This document shows positions 46,602-56,466 of a stretch of DNA of 64,000 bases, one piece after another. Below the pieces are notes generated by a model, which was given only the letters and a program-made list of their open reading frames with translations, was not told the DNA's origin and made no database searches. This DNA is from an uncultured Actinomycetota bacterium (GTDB lineage: Bacteria; Actinomycetota; Actinomycetes; Mycobacteriales; SCTD01), in contig CAVSEK010000013.1 in NCBI GenBank assembly GCA_963726975.1, positions 918,938-982,937 on the forward strand, in the 5' to 3' direction. Both the position numbers and the translations under genes were made by a program. The first letter of the stretch is position 1; each line of letters begins with the position of its first letter.

Positions 46602-47489
46602 ATGACGACGACCAGCAGCACGCCCGTCACCGGGTCCGGCACCTTCCGCCTCGGCGGCGACCTCGACGTCTCCCGCCTCGGCTACGGCGCCATGCGCATC
46701 ACCGGCAAGGGCATCTGGGGCCCGCCGGCCGACCTGGACACCGCCCGCGCCGTCCTGCGCCGCGCCGTCGAGCTCGGCGTCGACTTCATCGACACCGCCG
46801 ACAGCTACGGCCCGTACGTCAGCGAGGACCTGATCCGCGAGGCGCTGCACCCGTACGACGGGGTGGTGGTCGCCACCAAGGGCGGCCTGACCCGCACGCG
46901 GCCCCGACGTGTGGCCGCCGGTCGGGCCGGCCGGAGTACCTGCGGCAGTGCGTCGAGATGAGCCTGCGCCGCCTCGGCGTCGAGCGGATCGACCTGTGGC
47001 AGCTGCACCGCATCGACAGCAAGGTGACCGGCCGAGGAGCAGTTCGGCCCTCATGGCCGACGTCCAGCAGGAGGGCAAGGTCCGGCACCTGGGCCTGTCC
47101 GAGGTCTCCGTCGAGCAGATCGAGGCGGCCCGCAAGCACGTCGAGGTCGTCAGCGTGCAGAACCTCTACAACCTCGGCAACCGGCAGTCCGAGGACGTCC
47201 TGGAGTACTGCGAGCGCGAGGGCATCGCGCTTCATCCCGTGGTTCCCGGTGGCGGCCGGCGAGCTGGCGCGAGCCGGGCGGCGTGCTCGACGAGATCGCC
47301 GAAGGACCACCACGCCACGCACGCCCAGCTCGCGCTCGCCTGGCTGCTGCGCCGCTCGCCGGTGATCCTGCCGATCCCGGGCACCGGCTCGGTCGCGCAC
47401 CTGGAGGAGAACTGCGCCGCCGCGAGGTCGAGCTGACCGACGCGGAGTACGACGCGCTGACCGAGGCCGGCCAGCACGTCGCCGCCTGA
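46602..47489 (+). pseudogene. Aldo/keto reductase, at least 7 frameshifts
   Basis: GAGGAG is followed by ATG 46602. Recognisable segments hop frames as follows. Frame 3: [10 protein letters not shown]...DTADSYGP...ATKGGL. Frame 1: VWPPVG. Frame 2: [33 protein letters not shown]. Frame 3: AEEQFG. Frame 1: [21 protein letters not shown]...EREGIA. Frame 2: [16 protein letters not shown]. Frame 3: VLDEIA. Frame 1: [16 protein letters not shown]...[17 protein letters not shown]. Frame 3: [15 protein letters not shown]. Confidence 0.8.
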
Positions 47490-47554
47490 GCGGCTCCGCG
47501 TCGCCGGCCCGTCCGCGCTTCGCGCGGGCGGGCCGTTCGGCGTTGCGTGAGCGC

Positions 47555-49337
47555 ATGGCGCAGCTGCGGGTGGCGCTCGCCCAGGTCGACAGCACGGTCG
47601 GCGACCTCGCCGGCAACGCCGACGTCGTCAGCCGCTGGGCGGCGCGGGCCCGCGACGCAGGGCGCGCACCTGGTGGTGCTTCCCGGAGATGCTGCTGACC
47701 GGCTACCCGCCGGAGGACCTCGTGCTGCGCGGCTCGTTCGTGCAGGCGTCGCTGGACGCGCTGCGAGGCGCTCGCCGGGCCGGCTGCAGCCGAGGGCGCG
47801 GCGACCTGGCGGTCGTCGTGGGCTACTGCGGCCGCACCGAGCAGCCGGCGCCCGCGGTCGGGCGCCCGGCCGGCGAGCCGCAGAACAGCGCCGCGCGTGC
47901 TGCACGGCGGCGCGCGTCGTGGCCCGCTACGCCAAGCACCACCTGCCGAACTACGGCGTCTTCGACGAGTTCCGCTACTTCGTGCGCGGCGACCGCTTCC
48001 CGGTCGTCCGGCTGCACGGCGTCGACGTCGCGCTGTCGATCTGCGAGGACCTCTGGCAGGAGGGCGGCCCGGTGCGCGTCGCCCGGGAGGCCGGCGCCGG
48101 GCTGCTGCTGTGCCTGAACGGCTCGCCGTACGAGCGCGGCAAGGACGACGTCCGCGGCGAGCTGGTGGCCCGCCGCGCCGTCGAGGCCGGCTGCGCGCTG
48201 GCGTACGTCAACACGGTCGGCGGGCAGGACGAGCTGGTCTTCGACGGCGACTCGCTCGTCGTCGGACGCCTCCGGCGACGCTGGTCGCCCGCGCCCCGCT
48301 GTGGCAGGAGGGGCTGATGTGCGTCGACCTGGACCTGCCGGCGGCGACCCGCGCCGCGACCGGGCCGGTCGACGCCGGCGACGGGACCGATCATGACGGT
48401 CGAGCACGTGGTGCGTGTCGGAGCAGCCGCTCGCCGCCGTACGAGCCGCTGGTGCCCGGGATCGCCGAGCCCCTCGACGAGCTCGCCGAGCTGTGGGGCG
48501 CGCTGGTCACCGCGACCCGCGACTACGTCGAGAAGAACCGGTTCCGCTCGGTGGTGCTCGGCCTGTCCGGCGGGATCGACAGCGCGCTGGTCGCGACGAT
48601 CGCCTGCGACGCGCTCGGTCCGGAGCGGGTGCACGTGGTCGGGATGCCGAGCGACTGGAGCAGCGGGCACTCGGTGACCGACGCCGAGGACCTGGCCCGG
48701 CGGCAGGGCCTGCAGTGGCAGCTGGTGCCGATCAAGCCGATGGTCGAGGCCTACCTGGCGTCGGTCGAGCTGACCGGGCTGTCGGTGGAGAACCTGCAGG
48801 CCCGGGTGCGCGGCACGCTGCTGATGGCGCTGTCCAACGAGCACGGGCACCTGGTGCTCACGACCGGCAACAAGAGCGAGCTGGCGACCGGCTTCTCGAC
48901 CCTGTACGGCGACAGCGCCGGCGGGTTCGCGCCGATCAAGGACGTGCCGAAGTCGCTGGTGTGGGAGCTGGCGCGCTGGCGCAACGCCGCTGCCGCCCGA
49001 GGCGGCGTCGCCGTGATCCCGCCGAGCAGCATCGACAAGCCGCCGTCGCGCCGAGCTCGCGCCCGGGCAGCTCGACAGCGACCGGCTGCCGCCGTACGAC
49101 GTGCTCGACGCGCTGCTGGACGCCTACGTCGAGCAGGACCGCGGGCGCGCCGAGCTGGTCGCGCGCCGGCTTCGACGGCGAGCTCGTCGACCGGGTCGTG
49201 CGGCTGGTCGACGCCGCCGAGTACAAGCGCCGGCAGAACCCGCCCGGGCCGAAGGTGACCGGGCGGGCGTTCGGCCGCGACCGGCGGCTGCCGATCACCT
49301 CGCGCTGGCGCGAGCTGGCTGCGCCGACCGCCGGTGA
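47555..49337 (+). pseudogene. nadE: Glutamine-dependent NAD+ synthetase, about a dozen frameshifts; 3' end uncertain (49337 or 49369)
   Basis: ATG 47555 opens MAQLRVALAQVDSTVGDLAGN (frame 2). The following segments each sit in the next frame: AHLVVLP (f3), EMLLTGYPPEDLVLRGSF (f1), RVVARYAKHHLPNYGVFDE...ICEDLWQ (f3), TLVARAPLWQEG (f2), [10 protein letters not shown] (f3), SEQPLA (f1), PYEPLVPG...[13 protein letters not shown]...[17 protein letters not shown] (f2), [23 protein letters not shown] (f3) and [24 protein letters not shown]...[10 protein letters not shown] (f1). Confidence 0.8.
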
Positions 49338-49434
49338 GCCACCCCGAGGCCCGGCCCGAGCCGGCCTGAGGGCAGGCTGGCGGCGTCCGGGGACCTCGTC
49401 GGGGCGCCCCGAGCCCGGCGACCGGGAGCCCCGC

Positions 49435-50276
49435 ATGACCGAGACCCACCCTGTACGGCGGCACGTCACTCGCGCCGCGTCACCGTGCGCGACCTGCAGC
49501 GCGGCCAAGGAGCGCGGTGAGCGCTGGGCGATGCTCACGTCGCTACGACATGCTCACCGCCGGGGTCTTCGACGAGGTCGGCGTGCCCGGTGCTGCTCGT
49601 CGGCGACAGCGCCGGCAACAACGTGCTCGGCTACGACACGCACCGTGCCGGTGACGGTGGAGGACCTGCTGCCGCTCGTGCGCGGCGTCGCGGCCGGGAC
49701 CCGACGCGCGCGCTCGTCGTCGCGGACCTGCCGTTCGGCTCCTACCAGGGCTCCCCCGCGCAGGCGCTGGAGACCGCCGCCCGCTTCCTGCGCGCCGGGC
49801 GCGCAGGCGGTCAAGCTCGAGGGCGGCCGGCGCGTGCTGCCGCAGGTCGAGCTGCTCGTGGAGTCCGGGCGTCCCGGTCATGGGCCACCTCGGGCTGACC
49901 CCGCAGTCGGTCAACACCCTCGGCGGCTACCGCGTGCAGGGCCGGGGCGACGGCCGGCGACCGGCTCGTCGAGGACGCGCTCGCGCTGCAGGCGGCCGGG
50001 CGCGTTCGCGCTCGTGCTCGAGGTGGTGCCCGGCCGACCTCGCCGAGCGGGTGACCGAGGAGCTGACGATCCCCACGATCGGCATCGGCGCCGGCGCCGG
50101 GCTGCGACGCGCAGGTGCTGGTCTGGACCGACATGGCCGGGTTGACCCCGGGCGCGGGCCCGAAGTTCCTCAAGCGCTACGCCGACCTGCGCACCGTGCT
50201 CGGCGACGCGGCGCGGGCCTACACCGACGACGTGCGCGAGGGCCGCTACCCCGGCCGCGGAGCACGGCTACCCTGA
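49435..50276 (+). pseudogene. panB: 3-methyl-2-oxobutanoate hydroxymethyltransferase, about 12 frameshifts
   Basis: ATG 49435. The ordered frame path is listed in the finding on 46602-50653. The last segment ends at TGA 50274-50276. Confidence 0.8.
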
Positions 50277-50653
50277 GCGAGGCCCTCCAGCGCGGCGGCG
50301 GCGCTCCACGACGACCGCGCCGGTGCCGCGGCGGACGATGACGACCTCGGCCCGCTCGTCGGTCGGGTTGCTCTCGCGGTGCACCGGTGCGCGCCGGCAC
50401 GTGCACGAAGTCGCCCGGCGTCGCCCTGCACGACGCCGGCCGCGGTCTCGACCCGGAACGCGCCGCGCACGACGTAGGCGACCGTGTCGTGCTCACCGTG
50501 GTGGTGCCAGCCGCTCGTCGAGCCCGGCTCGGTGACGGCCAGCCCGGACCAGACGTCGTGCAGGACGACGGCCTCGAAGCGCTGCATGCCGGCGGTGGGG
50601 TGGCCCGGCGCGAGCGCGTCGGCCGCGACCTTGGACACGGGGGTCTCGCTCAT
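50268..50653 (-). pseudogene. Cupin domain protein, at least 2 frameshifts
   Basis: ATG 50653 opens MSETPVSKV...GSTSGWHHHGEHDTVAYVVRGAFRVE. Then GDFVHVPA, and then [28 protein letters not shown] in other frames. It ends at TAG 50268-50270. Confidence 0.6.
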
Positions 50654-50724
50654 GCCGCGGAGCGTACGGCCGGCCGGGGTCGTGCCGCTCAGCCGCGCAG
50701 CGCGGGGCCCGGCGACGTGGCACT

Positions 50725-52584
50725 GTGACCTGGACCACACCCAGGGAGGCCCTCGTGACCGAGCTGCTCGACCGTGCGACCACCAGCCCCGCCGCGGCCC
50801 GGGTCCGCGACTGGCTCGACGCCTTCGACGGCGCGCTGCAGGCGCGCGATGCGCGGGCCGCCGCGGCGCTGTTCGAGACCGGCGCCTTCTGGCGCGACCT
50901 CGTGTCGTTCACCTGGAACATCTACACGGCGGAGGGGCGCGACGCCATCGAGGTCATGCTCGGCGACGGCCTCGCCTGGGCCGGGCCGTCCGGCTGGGAT
51001 CTGGACGAGGAGCCGACCGAGGCCGGGGGCGTGACGGAGGCCTGGCTGCGGTTCCGGACCGCTGTCGGCCGGGGTGAGGGCCTGCTGCGGCTGCGCGAGC
51101 AGGACGACGGGACCGTGCTCGCCTGGACGCTGCTCACGACCCTGCAGGAGATCGAGGGCCACGAGGAGCCGCGCGGCGACCGGCGGCCGAAGGGGGCCGA
51201 GCACGGTGCCCGGCGCGACCGGGAGTCGTGGCGGGAGGCGCGCGAGCGCGAGGCGGCCGAGCTCGGGCGCAGCGTGCAGCCGTACGTCGTCGTCGTCGGC
51301 GGCGGGCAGGGCGGGATCGCCCTGGGCGCGCGGCTGCGCTCGCTGGGCGTCCCCGCCGTGGTGCTGGAGAAGGACGAGCGGCCCGGCGACTCCTGGCGCA
51401 AGCGCTACAAGTCCCTGTGCCTGCACGACCCCGTCTGGTACGACCACCTGCCGTACCTGAAGTTCCCCGACACCTGGCCGGTCTTCGCGCCGAAGGACAA
51501 GATCGCCGACTGGCTCGAGATGTACACGCGCGTCATGGACCTCGACTACTGGGGCTCGTCGACCGCGACCTCGGCCCGGTGGGACGAGGACGCGCAGCGG
51601 TGGGAGGTCGTCGTCGACCGGGCCGGCGAGCAGGTGGTCCTGCGGCCGGAGCACCTCGTGATGGCGCTGGGCGTCTCCGGCAAGCCGAACGTGCCCGAGG
51701 TGCCCGGCCAGGACCGGTTCCGCGGCGACCAGCACCACTCGTCCCAGCACCCCGGACCGGACGCCTACCGCGGCAGGAAGGCCGTCGTCGTCGGCTCCAA
51801 CAACTCGGCACACGACATCTGCGCCGCCCTGTGGGAGGCGGGTGCGGACGTGACGATGGTGCAGCGCAGCAGCACGCACGTCGTGCGCAGCGAGTCGCTC
51901 ATGGACCTCGCGCTCGGCGACCTCTACTCCGAGCGGGCCGTCGCGTCCGGCACGACCACGGAGAAGGCGGACCACGTGTTCGCGTCCCTGCCGTACCGGA
52001 TCATGCACGAGTTCCAGATCCCGGTCTACGACGCCATCCGGGAGCGCGACGCGGCCTTCTACGACCGGCTGGCGGCAGCCGGGTTCGACCTGGACTGGGG
52101 CGACGACGGCTCCGGGCTGTTCATGAAGTACCTGCGGCGGGGCTCCGGCTACTACATCGACGTGGGCGCCTCCGAGCTCGTGGCGAACGGCGACGTGCAC
52201 CTCTCGCGCGGGCAGGTGCGCGAGCTCACCGAGACCGCGGTCGTGCTCGAGGACGGCACCGAGCTGCCCGCCGACGTCGTCGTCTGGGCCACCGGCTACG
52301 GCTCGATGAACGGCTGGCTGCGCGACCTCATCAGCCCCGAGGTGGCCGACCGGGTGGGGAAGGTGTGGGGTCTGGGCTCGGACACGACCAAGGACCCCGG
52401 GCCCTGGGAGGGCGAGCAGCGCAACATGTGGAAGCCCACGCAGGTGCCGCACCTGTGGTTCCACGGGGGCAACCTGCACCAGTCGCGCTACTACTCGCTG
52501 CCGCTGGCCCTGCAGCTCAAGGCCCGCCAGGTCGGCCTCGACACGCGGGTGCACGGGCTGGCACCCGTGCACCACACGGGCTAG
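50725..52584 (+). CDS. Flavin-containing monooxygenase-like NAD(P)/FAD-dependent oxidoreductase
   Basis: VVVVGGGQGGIALG (FAD), RFRGDQHHSSQH and AVVVGSNNSAHD (NADP). Intact ORF. The start is GTG 50725 or GTG 50755, the latter preceded by AGGGAGG. Confidence 0.8.
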   Translation: MTWTTPREALVTELLDRATTSPAAARVRDWLDAFDGALQARDARAAAALFETGAFWRDLVSFTWNIYTAEGRDAIEVMLGDGLAWAGPSGWDLDEEPTEAGGVTEAWLRFRTAVGRGEGLLRLREQDDGTVLAWTLLTTLQEIEGHEEPRGDRRPKGAEHGARRDRESWREAREREAAELGRSVQPYVVVVGGGQGGIALGARLRSLGVPAVVLEKDERPGDSWRKRYKSLCLHDPVWYDHLPYLKFPDTWPVFAPKDKIADWLEMYTRVMDLDYWGSSTATSARWDEDAQRWEVVVDRAGEQVVLRPEHLVMALGVSGKPNVPEVPGQDRFRGDQHHSSQHPGPDAYRGRKAVVVGSNNSAHDICAALWEAGADVTMVQRSSTHVVRSESLMDLALGDLYSERAVASGTTTEKADHVFASLPYRIMHEFQIPVYDAIRERDAAFYDRLAAAGFDLDWGDDGSGLFMKYLRRGSGYYIDVGASELVANGDVHLSRGQVRELTETAVVLEDGTELPADVVVWATGYGSMNGWLRDLISPEVADRVGKVWGLGSDTTKDPGPWEGEQRNMWKPTQVPHLWFHGGNLHQSRYYSLPLALQLKARQVGLDTRVHGLAPVHHTG

Positions 52585-53327
52585 CCCCGCAGAGCGCGCT
52601 CCAGCAGCGCCCGCGCCTCGACGAGGCTCGGTCCGTACCACGTCAGGTGCCGGCCGCTCACGCAGGCGGCGGGCACCCCCGGGAACGCCTCAGGACCGTC
52701 GTCGGGCGTGAAGGCGTACGGCTCGTCGGGCAGCACGACGAGGTCGACGCCGTCCACCGGCGGGGTGAAGCGCGGGTAGCGCTCCGCGCTGTCGGCGAGC
52801 ACGTTGTCGACGCCCAGGCGCGAGAGCACGTCGCCGGTGAAGGTGCCCGAGCCGACCGCCATCCAGGGCCGTCGCCAGACCGGGACGACGGCCGTGCGCC
52901 GCGGCCCGTCGTAGGGCGCCCGCCAGACGGTGCGGGCCTCGTCGAGCCAGCCCGGCCGGTCGAGACCGCAGGCGCCGAGCATGCGGCCGAGCGAGTCGAG
53001 CGCCTCGGGGACGGTGCGCGGGAAGGTCGTCCAGACGGCGACCCCCGCCTCGCGCAGGGCGGCGAGGTCGACCTCGCGGTTCTCCTCGGCGTTCGCCAGG
53101 ACGAGGTCGGGGCGCAGGTCCAGCACGGCCTCGACGTCGGGGTTCTTCGTGCCGCGGACACGGGTCACTGCCAGGTCCGCTGGGTGCGAGCACCAGTCGG
53201 TGGCGCCGACGAGCAGCCCGGGGGCGGTGACCGCGACCGCCTCGGTGAGGGACGGCACGAGGGAGACGACCCGGGAGACCTGCCCCGGGTCGAGCTCGCG
53301 GCCGAGGTCGTCAGACGTCGGTGACAC
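52581..53327 (-). CDS. Cobalamin-binding / BtuF-TroA-like helical-backbone receptor protein without signal peptide
   Basis: VVSLVPSLTEAV, GTKNPDVEAVLDLRPDLVLAN, and a PBP type-III-like fold by eye. Its TAG shares the palindrome CTAG with the convergent FMO stop. Confidence 0.65.
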   Translation of the reverse strand: MSPTSDDLGRELDPGQVSRVVSLVPSLTEAVAVTAPGLLVGATDWCSHPADLAVTRVRGTKNPDVEAVLDLRPDLVLANAEENREVDLAALREAGVAVWTTFPRTVPEALDSLGRMLGACGLDRPGWLDEARTVWRAPYDGPRRTAVVPVWRRPWMAVGSGTFTGDVLSRLGVDNVLADSAERYPRFTPPVDGVDLVVLPDEPYAFTPDDGPEAFPGVPAACVSGRHLTWYGPSLVEARALLERALRG

Positions 53328-53991
53328 GCAGACCAGCGTGCGCCTTGTAGCGGCGGTTGACCGAGATCAGGTTGGCCGTCAGCGCCTCCACCTGGTGGGC
53401 GTTGCGCAGCCGCCCGCCGTAGACGCCGCGCATGCCCGGGACGAGGGAGGCCAGCGCCTGCACCAGGTCCGTGGCGCCGCGGTCGTCGCCCAGCACGAGC
53501 ACGTCGGTGTCGACGGTGTCCACCGCCTCGTCCAGCAGCAGCACGGCGCTGACGTGGTGGAAGGCGGCGACCACCCGGCTGTCCGGGAGCACCGCGGCCG
53601 CCTGCTGCGCCGCGCTGCCCTCCTCCACCGCCAGGGCGAAGGCACCCTGCTTGTCGAAGCCGAGCGGGTTGACGCAGTCGACGACGACCTTGCCCGCCAG
53701 CTCGCCCGCGAGCCCCTGCAGCAGCTCCCGGTGCCCGTCCCAGGGCACGGCGACCACGACCACGTCGGCGTCCCGGGCGGCCGCGGCGTTGTCCGCGCCG
53801 GACACCCGCTCGGGCAGGCCCTCGGCCGCCTGCTGCGCACGCTCGGCGGACCGCGAGCCCAGCACGACGCGCACGCCGGCCAGCGCGAAGCGCCGGGCCA
53901 GGCCGCGCCCCTGCTCCCCCGTGCCGCCCAGCACGGCCACGGTGACGGTCGTCGGGTCGGGCGGGGTGGGCGGCGGCGTGGCGGAGGTCAT
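53311..53991 (-). CDS. NADPH-dependent F420 reductase (Npd/FNO family)
   Basis: VAVLGGTGEQGRGLA Rossmann motif. 226-aa intact ORF that overlaps the downstream gene by 17 nt. Confidence 0.8.
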   Translation of the reverse strand: MTSATPPPTPPDPTTVTVAVLGGTGEQGRGLARRFALAGVRVVLGSRSAERAQQAAEGLPERVSGADNAAAARDADVVVVAVPWDGHRELLQGLAGELAGKVVVDCVNPLGFDKQGAFALAVEEGSAAQQAAAVLPDSRVVAAFHHVSAVLLLDEAVDTVDTDVLVLGDDRGATDLVQALASLVPGMRGVYGGRLRNAHQVEALTANLISVNRRYKAHAGLRVTDV

Positions 53992-54129
53992 GCCCCGACT
54001 CTGCCAGGACCGTCCCGTCCCCGGGCAGGAGACCGGCGCGGCGGGCCGAAGAGGACCCCGAGCGTGACGTCGACTGCCCCACGGGGGGGCTGAGCGGACG
54101 TATCGTCATGATCTGGACGGAGGTGGGCA

Positions 54130-55044
54130 GTGAGCGACGCGGGCAGTCCGGTGCGCCCACCCGGTCGCCGGCGGTCCGCCACGTCCGCGGCCGACGTGCT
54201 GCCCGCCGTGCCGCGCCTCGCCTCGCTCGACGCCCTGCTGCGGGAGGTCGACGGCCTCCGGCTGACGCTCGAGGCCGACCTGTCCGTCGCGGCGGCCGCG
54301 ACCGAGGCGGGTGCGCTGCAGGTGGCCGCCGACGTCGTGGCGGCCGACCAGGCCGAGGTGGCCCGGTTCGAGCGGCGCTCGCTGGCCCACCTGCGCGACC
54401 GGGGACCGCGCCGCCGCGTGCCGACGCTGCTCTGGCGGGCCGCACCGGTCGTCCCCGTCGCCGCCGCCGCGGCGGCCGTGGTCGTCGGGCTGAGCCTGGC
54501 CCCGGGCGCCACCGCCCCCTCGCGGCCCACCGGCCAGAGCTCGACGCGCGTGTCGCTGTCGGCGTACGACCGGCTCGCCCAGGTCGTGCAGCAGGCGCCG
54601 GGCCCCGAGGCCCTGCGCGTCGCGGCGGCGCCCCTGCACGCCGAGGTGCTCGCCCTGCTCGACCGGGCCGGCTCCGACCCGTCGGCCCACCGGGCGGCGG
54701 CGGAGGCCCTGGAGGGTGAGCGCCGGCTGCTGCTCGCGCTGCCCGCCGACGCCCGCGACCGAGACGTCGTCGTCGCGTGGCAGGGCCTGAGCGACCGCCT
54801 GGCAGCCACCGCACCGCCGGAGCCTGCCCCCGACGCCCCGGCCGCACCGGTCGCCCCGGTCACGGCGACCCCGCTGGAGGCCCCGGCCCCCGCGTCGCCG
54901 ACCACGCCCCCGACGGGCCACGCTCCGCTGGACGGGTCGGACGCCGGTGCGCCCCCGCTGCCCACCGCGGCGGTGCAGGGGCGCCTGGAGGTGCCGGCTC
55001 CGACCCTCCCCCCGACCCTCCCCCCGGCCCCACCGGCGCGCTGA
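54130..55044 (+). CDS. Hypothetical single-pass membrane protein with Pro/Ala-rich exterior
   Basis: GGAGGTGGG is followed by GTG 54130. Charged N-terminal region, one TM (APVVPVAAAAAAVVVGLSLA) and a Pro-rich C-terminus. Confidence 0.5.
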   Translation: MSDAGSPVRPPGRRRSATSAADVLPAVPRLASLDALLREVDGLRLTLEADLSVAAAATEAGALQVAADVVAADQAEVARFERRSLAHLRDRGPRRRVPTLLWRAAPVVPVAAAAAAVVVGLSLAPGATAPSRPTGQSSTRVSLSAYDRLAQVVQQAPGPEALRVAAAPLHAEVLALLDRAGSDPSAHRAAAEALEGERRLLLALPADARDRDVVVAWQGLSDRLAATAPPEPAPDAPAAPVAPVTATPLEAPAPASPTTPPTGHAPLDGSDAGAPPLPTAAVQGRLEVPAPTLPPTLPPAPPAR

Positions 55045-55051
55045 CGGCCGC

Positions 55052-56464
55052 TCAGGCGCGGAAGAGCACGTCGCGCCGGACCGGGTCGGCGCGCACCAGC
55101 GCGACGTCGAGCGTCTGACCGAGCGGCAGGTCGTCGCCCTCGCACCGGGCCCGCACGGCCGGGTCGGCCAGCTGCACGACCCCGGCGTGGGCTCCCGAGC
55201 CGACGACCTGCGCGCGGAAGCGCTCCCCGGTGCGTCCCTGGAGCACCAGCGCCTCGGCGAGGTCCGTGCCGGCGCGCTCGAGCTCGGACGACCTCCGCCC
55301 GGCCGCGGCCATCACCGCAGGCAGCTCCGGCAGGGCCGTCCGCACGTCCTCGGGGACCGGCACGCCCGCCTGCAGGGCGACACAGGTCTGCAGCACGTAG
55401 CGGTCGGCCAGCCGCCGCAGCGGCGCCGTCGCGTGCGCGTACGGCCCGCCGACGGCGCTGTGGGTCGTCAGCTCCGGTGGCGCGCCGTCGAAGGCGGTGT
55501 AGCCGGCGCCCCGCAGCAGCCGGGGGGCCAGGGCGAGCAGGGCCGCGGCCGGCCCGTCGCTGGGGTCGAGCCGCGAGACGACGGCGGCGTACGGCTCGTC
55601 CTGCGCCCACGGCAGGCCGAGCGCGAGGGCGCTGCGGCGCAGCGCCTCGACGTCGGCAGGGTCCGGGTCCGGCATGGTGCGCAGCAGCCCGGTGCCGCCG
55701 TCGAGCATGAGGCGGGCGGCCACCGCACCGGTGAGCAGGCTGATCTGCGCGTTCCACCCCTCGGCCGGGAGCGCGGCGCGCAGCCGCAGGAGAGGACGCC
55801 CTGCGGCGTCGAGGTCGACCTCCTGCTCCAGGGACGGCAGGTCGACCGCACCGCGCTCCCGGCCGCGCTGCTGGCGCAGGAGCCCGATCTCGCGCAGCAG
55901 CTGCAGCTGCTCGTCGGCCGTGCCGGCGTCGAGCCGGCCCTGCACCTCGCCGTAGGTGAGCTGGGCGCGGGAGCGCACGAGGGCGCGGCGCACGTCGACG
56001 CGGTCGGGCTCGCCCTCGGGGTCCAGGTGCACGTCCCAGACGACGGCCGGACGGTCGACGGACGGCAGGAGGCTGGCGGCGCCCTCGCCGAGGACGGGCG
56101 GGTGCAGCGGCACGCGGGCGTCCGGGGCGTAGAGCGTCTCCCCGCGGGACCGCAGCGCGGTGTCGAGGGCCCCTCCGGGGCGGACGAAGGCCGACAGGTC
56201 GGCGATGGCGTAGCGCACGCGGTAGCCGGCGCCGTCGCGGTGCAGCGCCAGTGCCTGGTCGAGGTCCCGGCTGCCCTCCGGGTCGACGGTCACGAACGGG
56301 ACGTCGGTGAGGTCCTCCTCGGGCAGCGAGGGAGCCGCGGCGGCGCGCTCGGCCTCGGCGAGCGCCTCGGGCCCGAACTCCTCGTGCACCCCCAGCTCGG
56401 CGCGCAGGTCGGCGAAGGCCCCCGCCGCCGACGGCTCCGGCAGGCGGACCCGCACCGACGGCAC
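55052..56464 (-). CDS. RNB-domain ribonuclease (RNase II/R family, no obvious CSD/S1 domains)
   Basis: GTG 56464 lies 2 nt after the cobT stop. Motifs: VDPEGSRDLDQAL and HSAVGGPYAHATAPLRRLADR. Confidence 0.8.
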   Translation of the reverse strand: MPSVRVRLPEPSAAGAFADLRAELGVHEEFGPEALAEAERAAAAPSLPEEDLTDVPFVTVDPEGSRDLDQALALHRDGAGYRVRYAIADLSAFVRPGGALDTALRSRGETLYAPDARVPLHPPVLGEGAASLLPSVDRPAVVWDVHLDPEGEPDRVDVRRALVRSRAQLTYGEVQGRLDAGTADEQLQLLREIGLLRQQRGRERGAVDLPSLEQEVDLDAAGRPLLRLRAALPAEGWNAQISLLTGAVAARLMLDGGTGLLRTMPDPDPADVEALRRSALALGLPWAQDEPYAAVVSRLDPSDGPAAALLALAPRLLRGAGYTAFDGAPPELTTHSAVGGPYAHATAPLRRLADRYVLQTCVALQAGVPVPEDVRTALPELPAVMAAAGRRSSELERAGTDLAEALVLQGRTGERFRAQVVGSGAHAGVVQLADPAVRARCEGDDLPLGQTLDVALVRADPVRRDVLFRA

Positions 56465-56466
56465 GG

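Noticed and set aside
46602-50653. Reading nadE, panB and the reductase as genuine pseudogenes indicating reductive evolution or auxotrophy.
   Set aside because: This is disfavoured but not excluded. The shifts are almost all single-base insertions at a regular high density. The segments between shifts show no missense decay or stops. The flanking genes are flawless. That pattern fits local sequencing or assembly error better than natural decay.
52581-52584. The convergent FMO and BtuF-like genes share the palindrome CTAG, so both stop codons (TAG on each strand) overlap.
   Set aside because: It is a real but trivial consequence of convergent gene packing, and no functional inference can be drawn.
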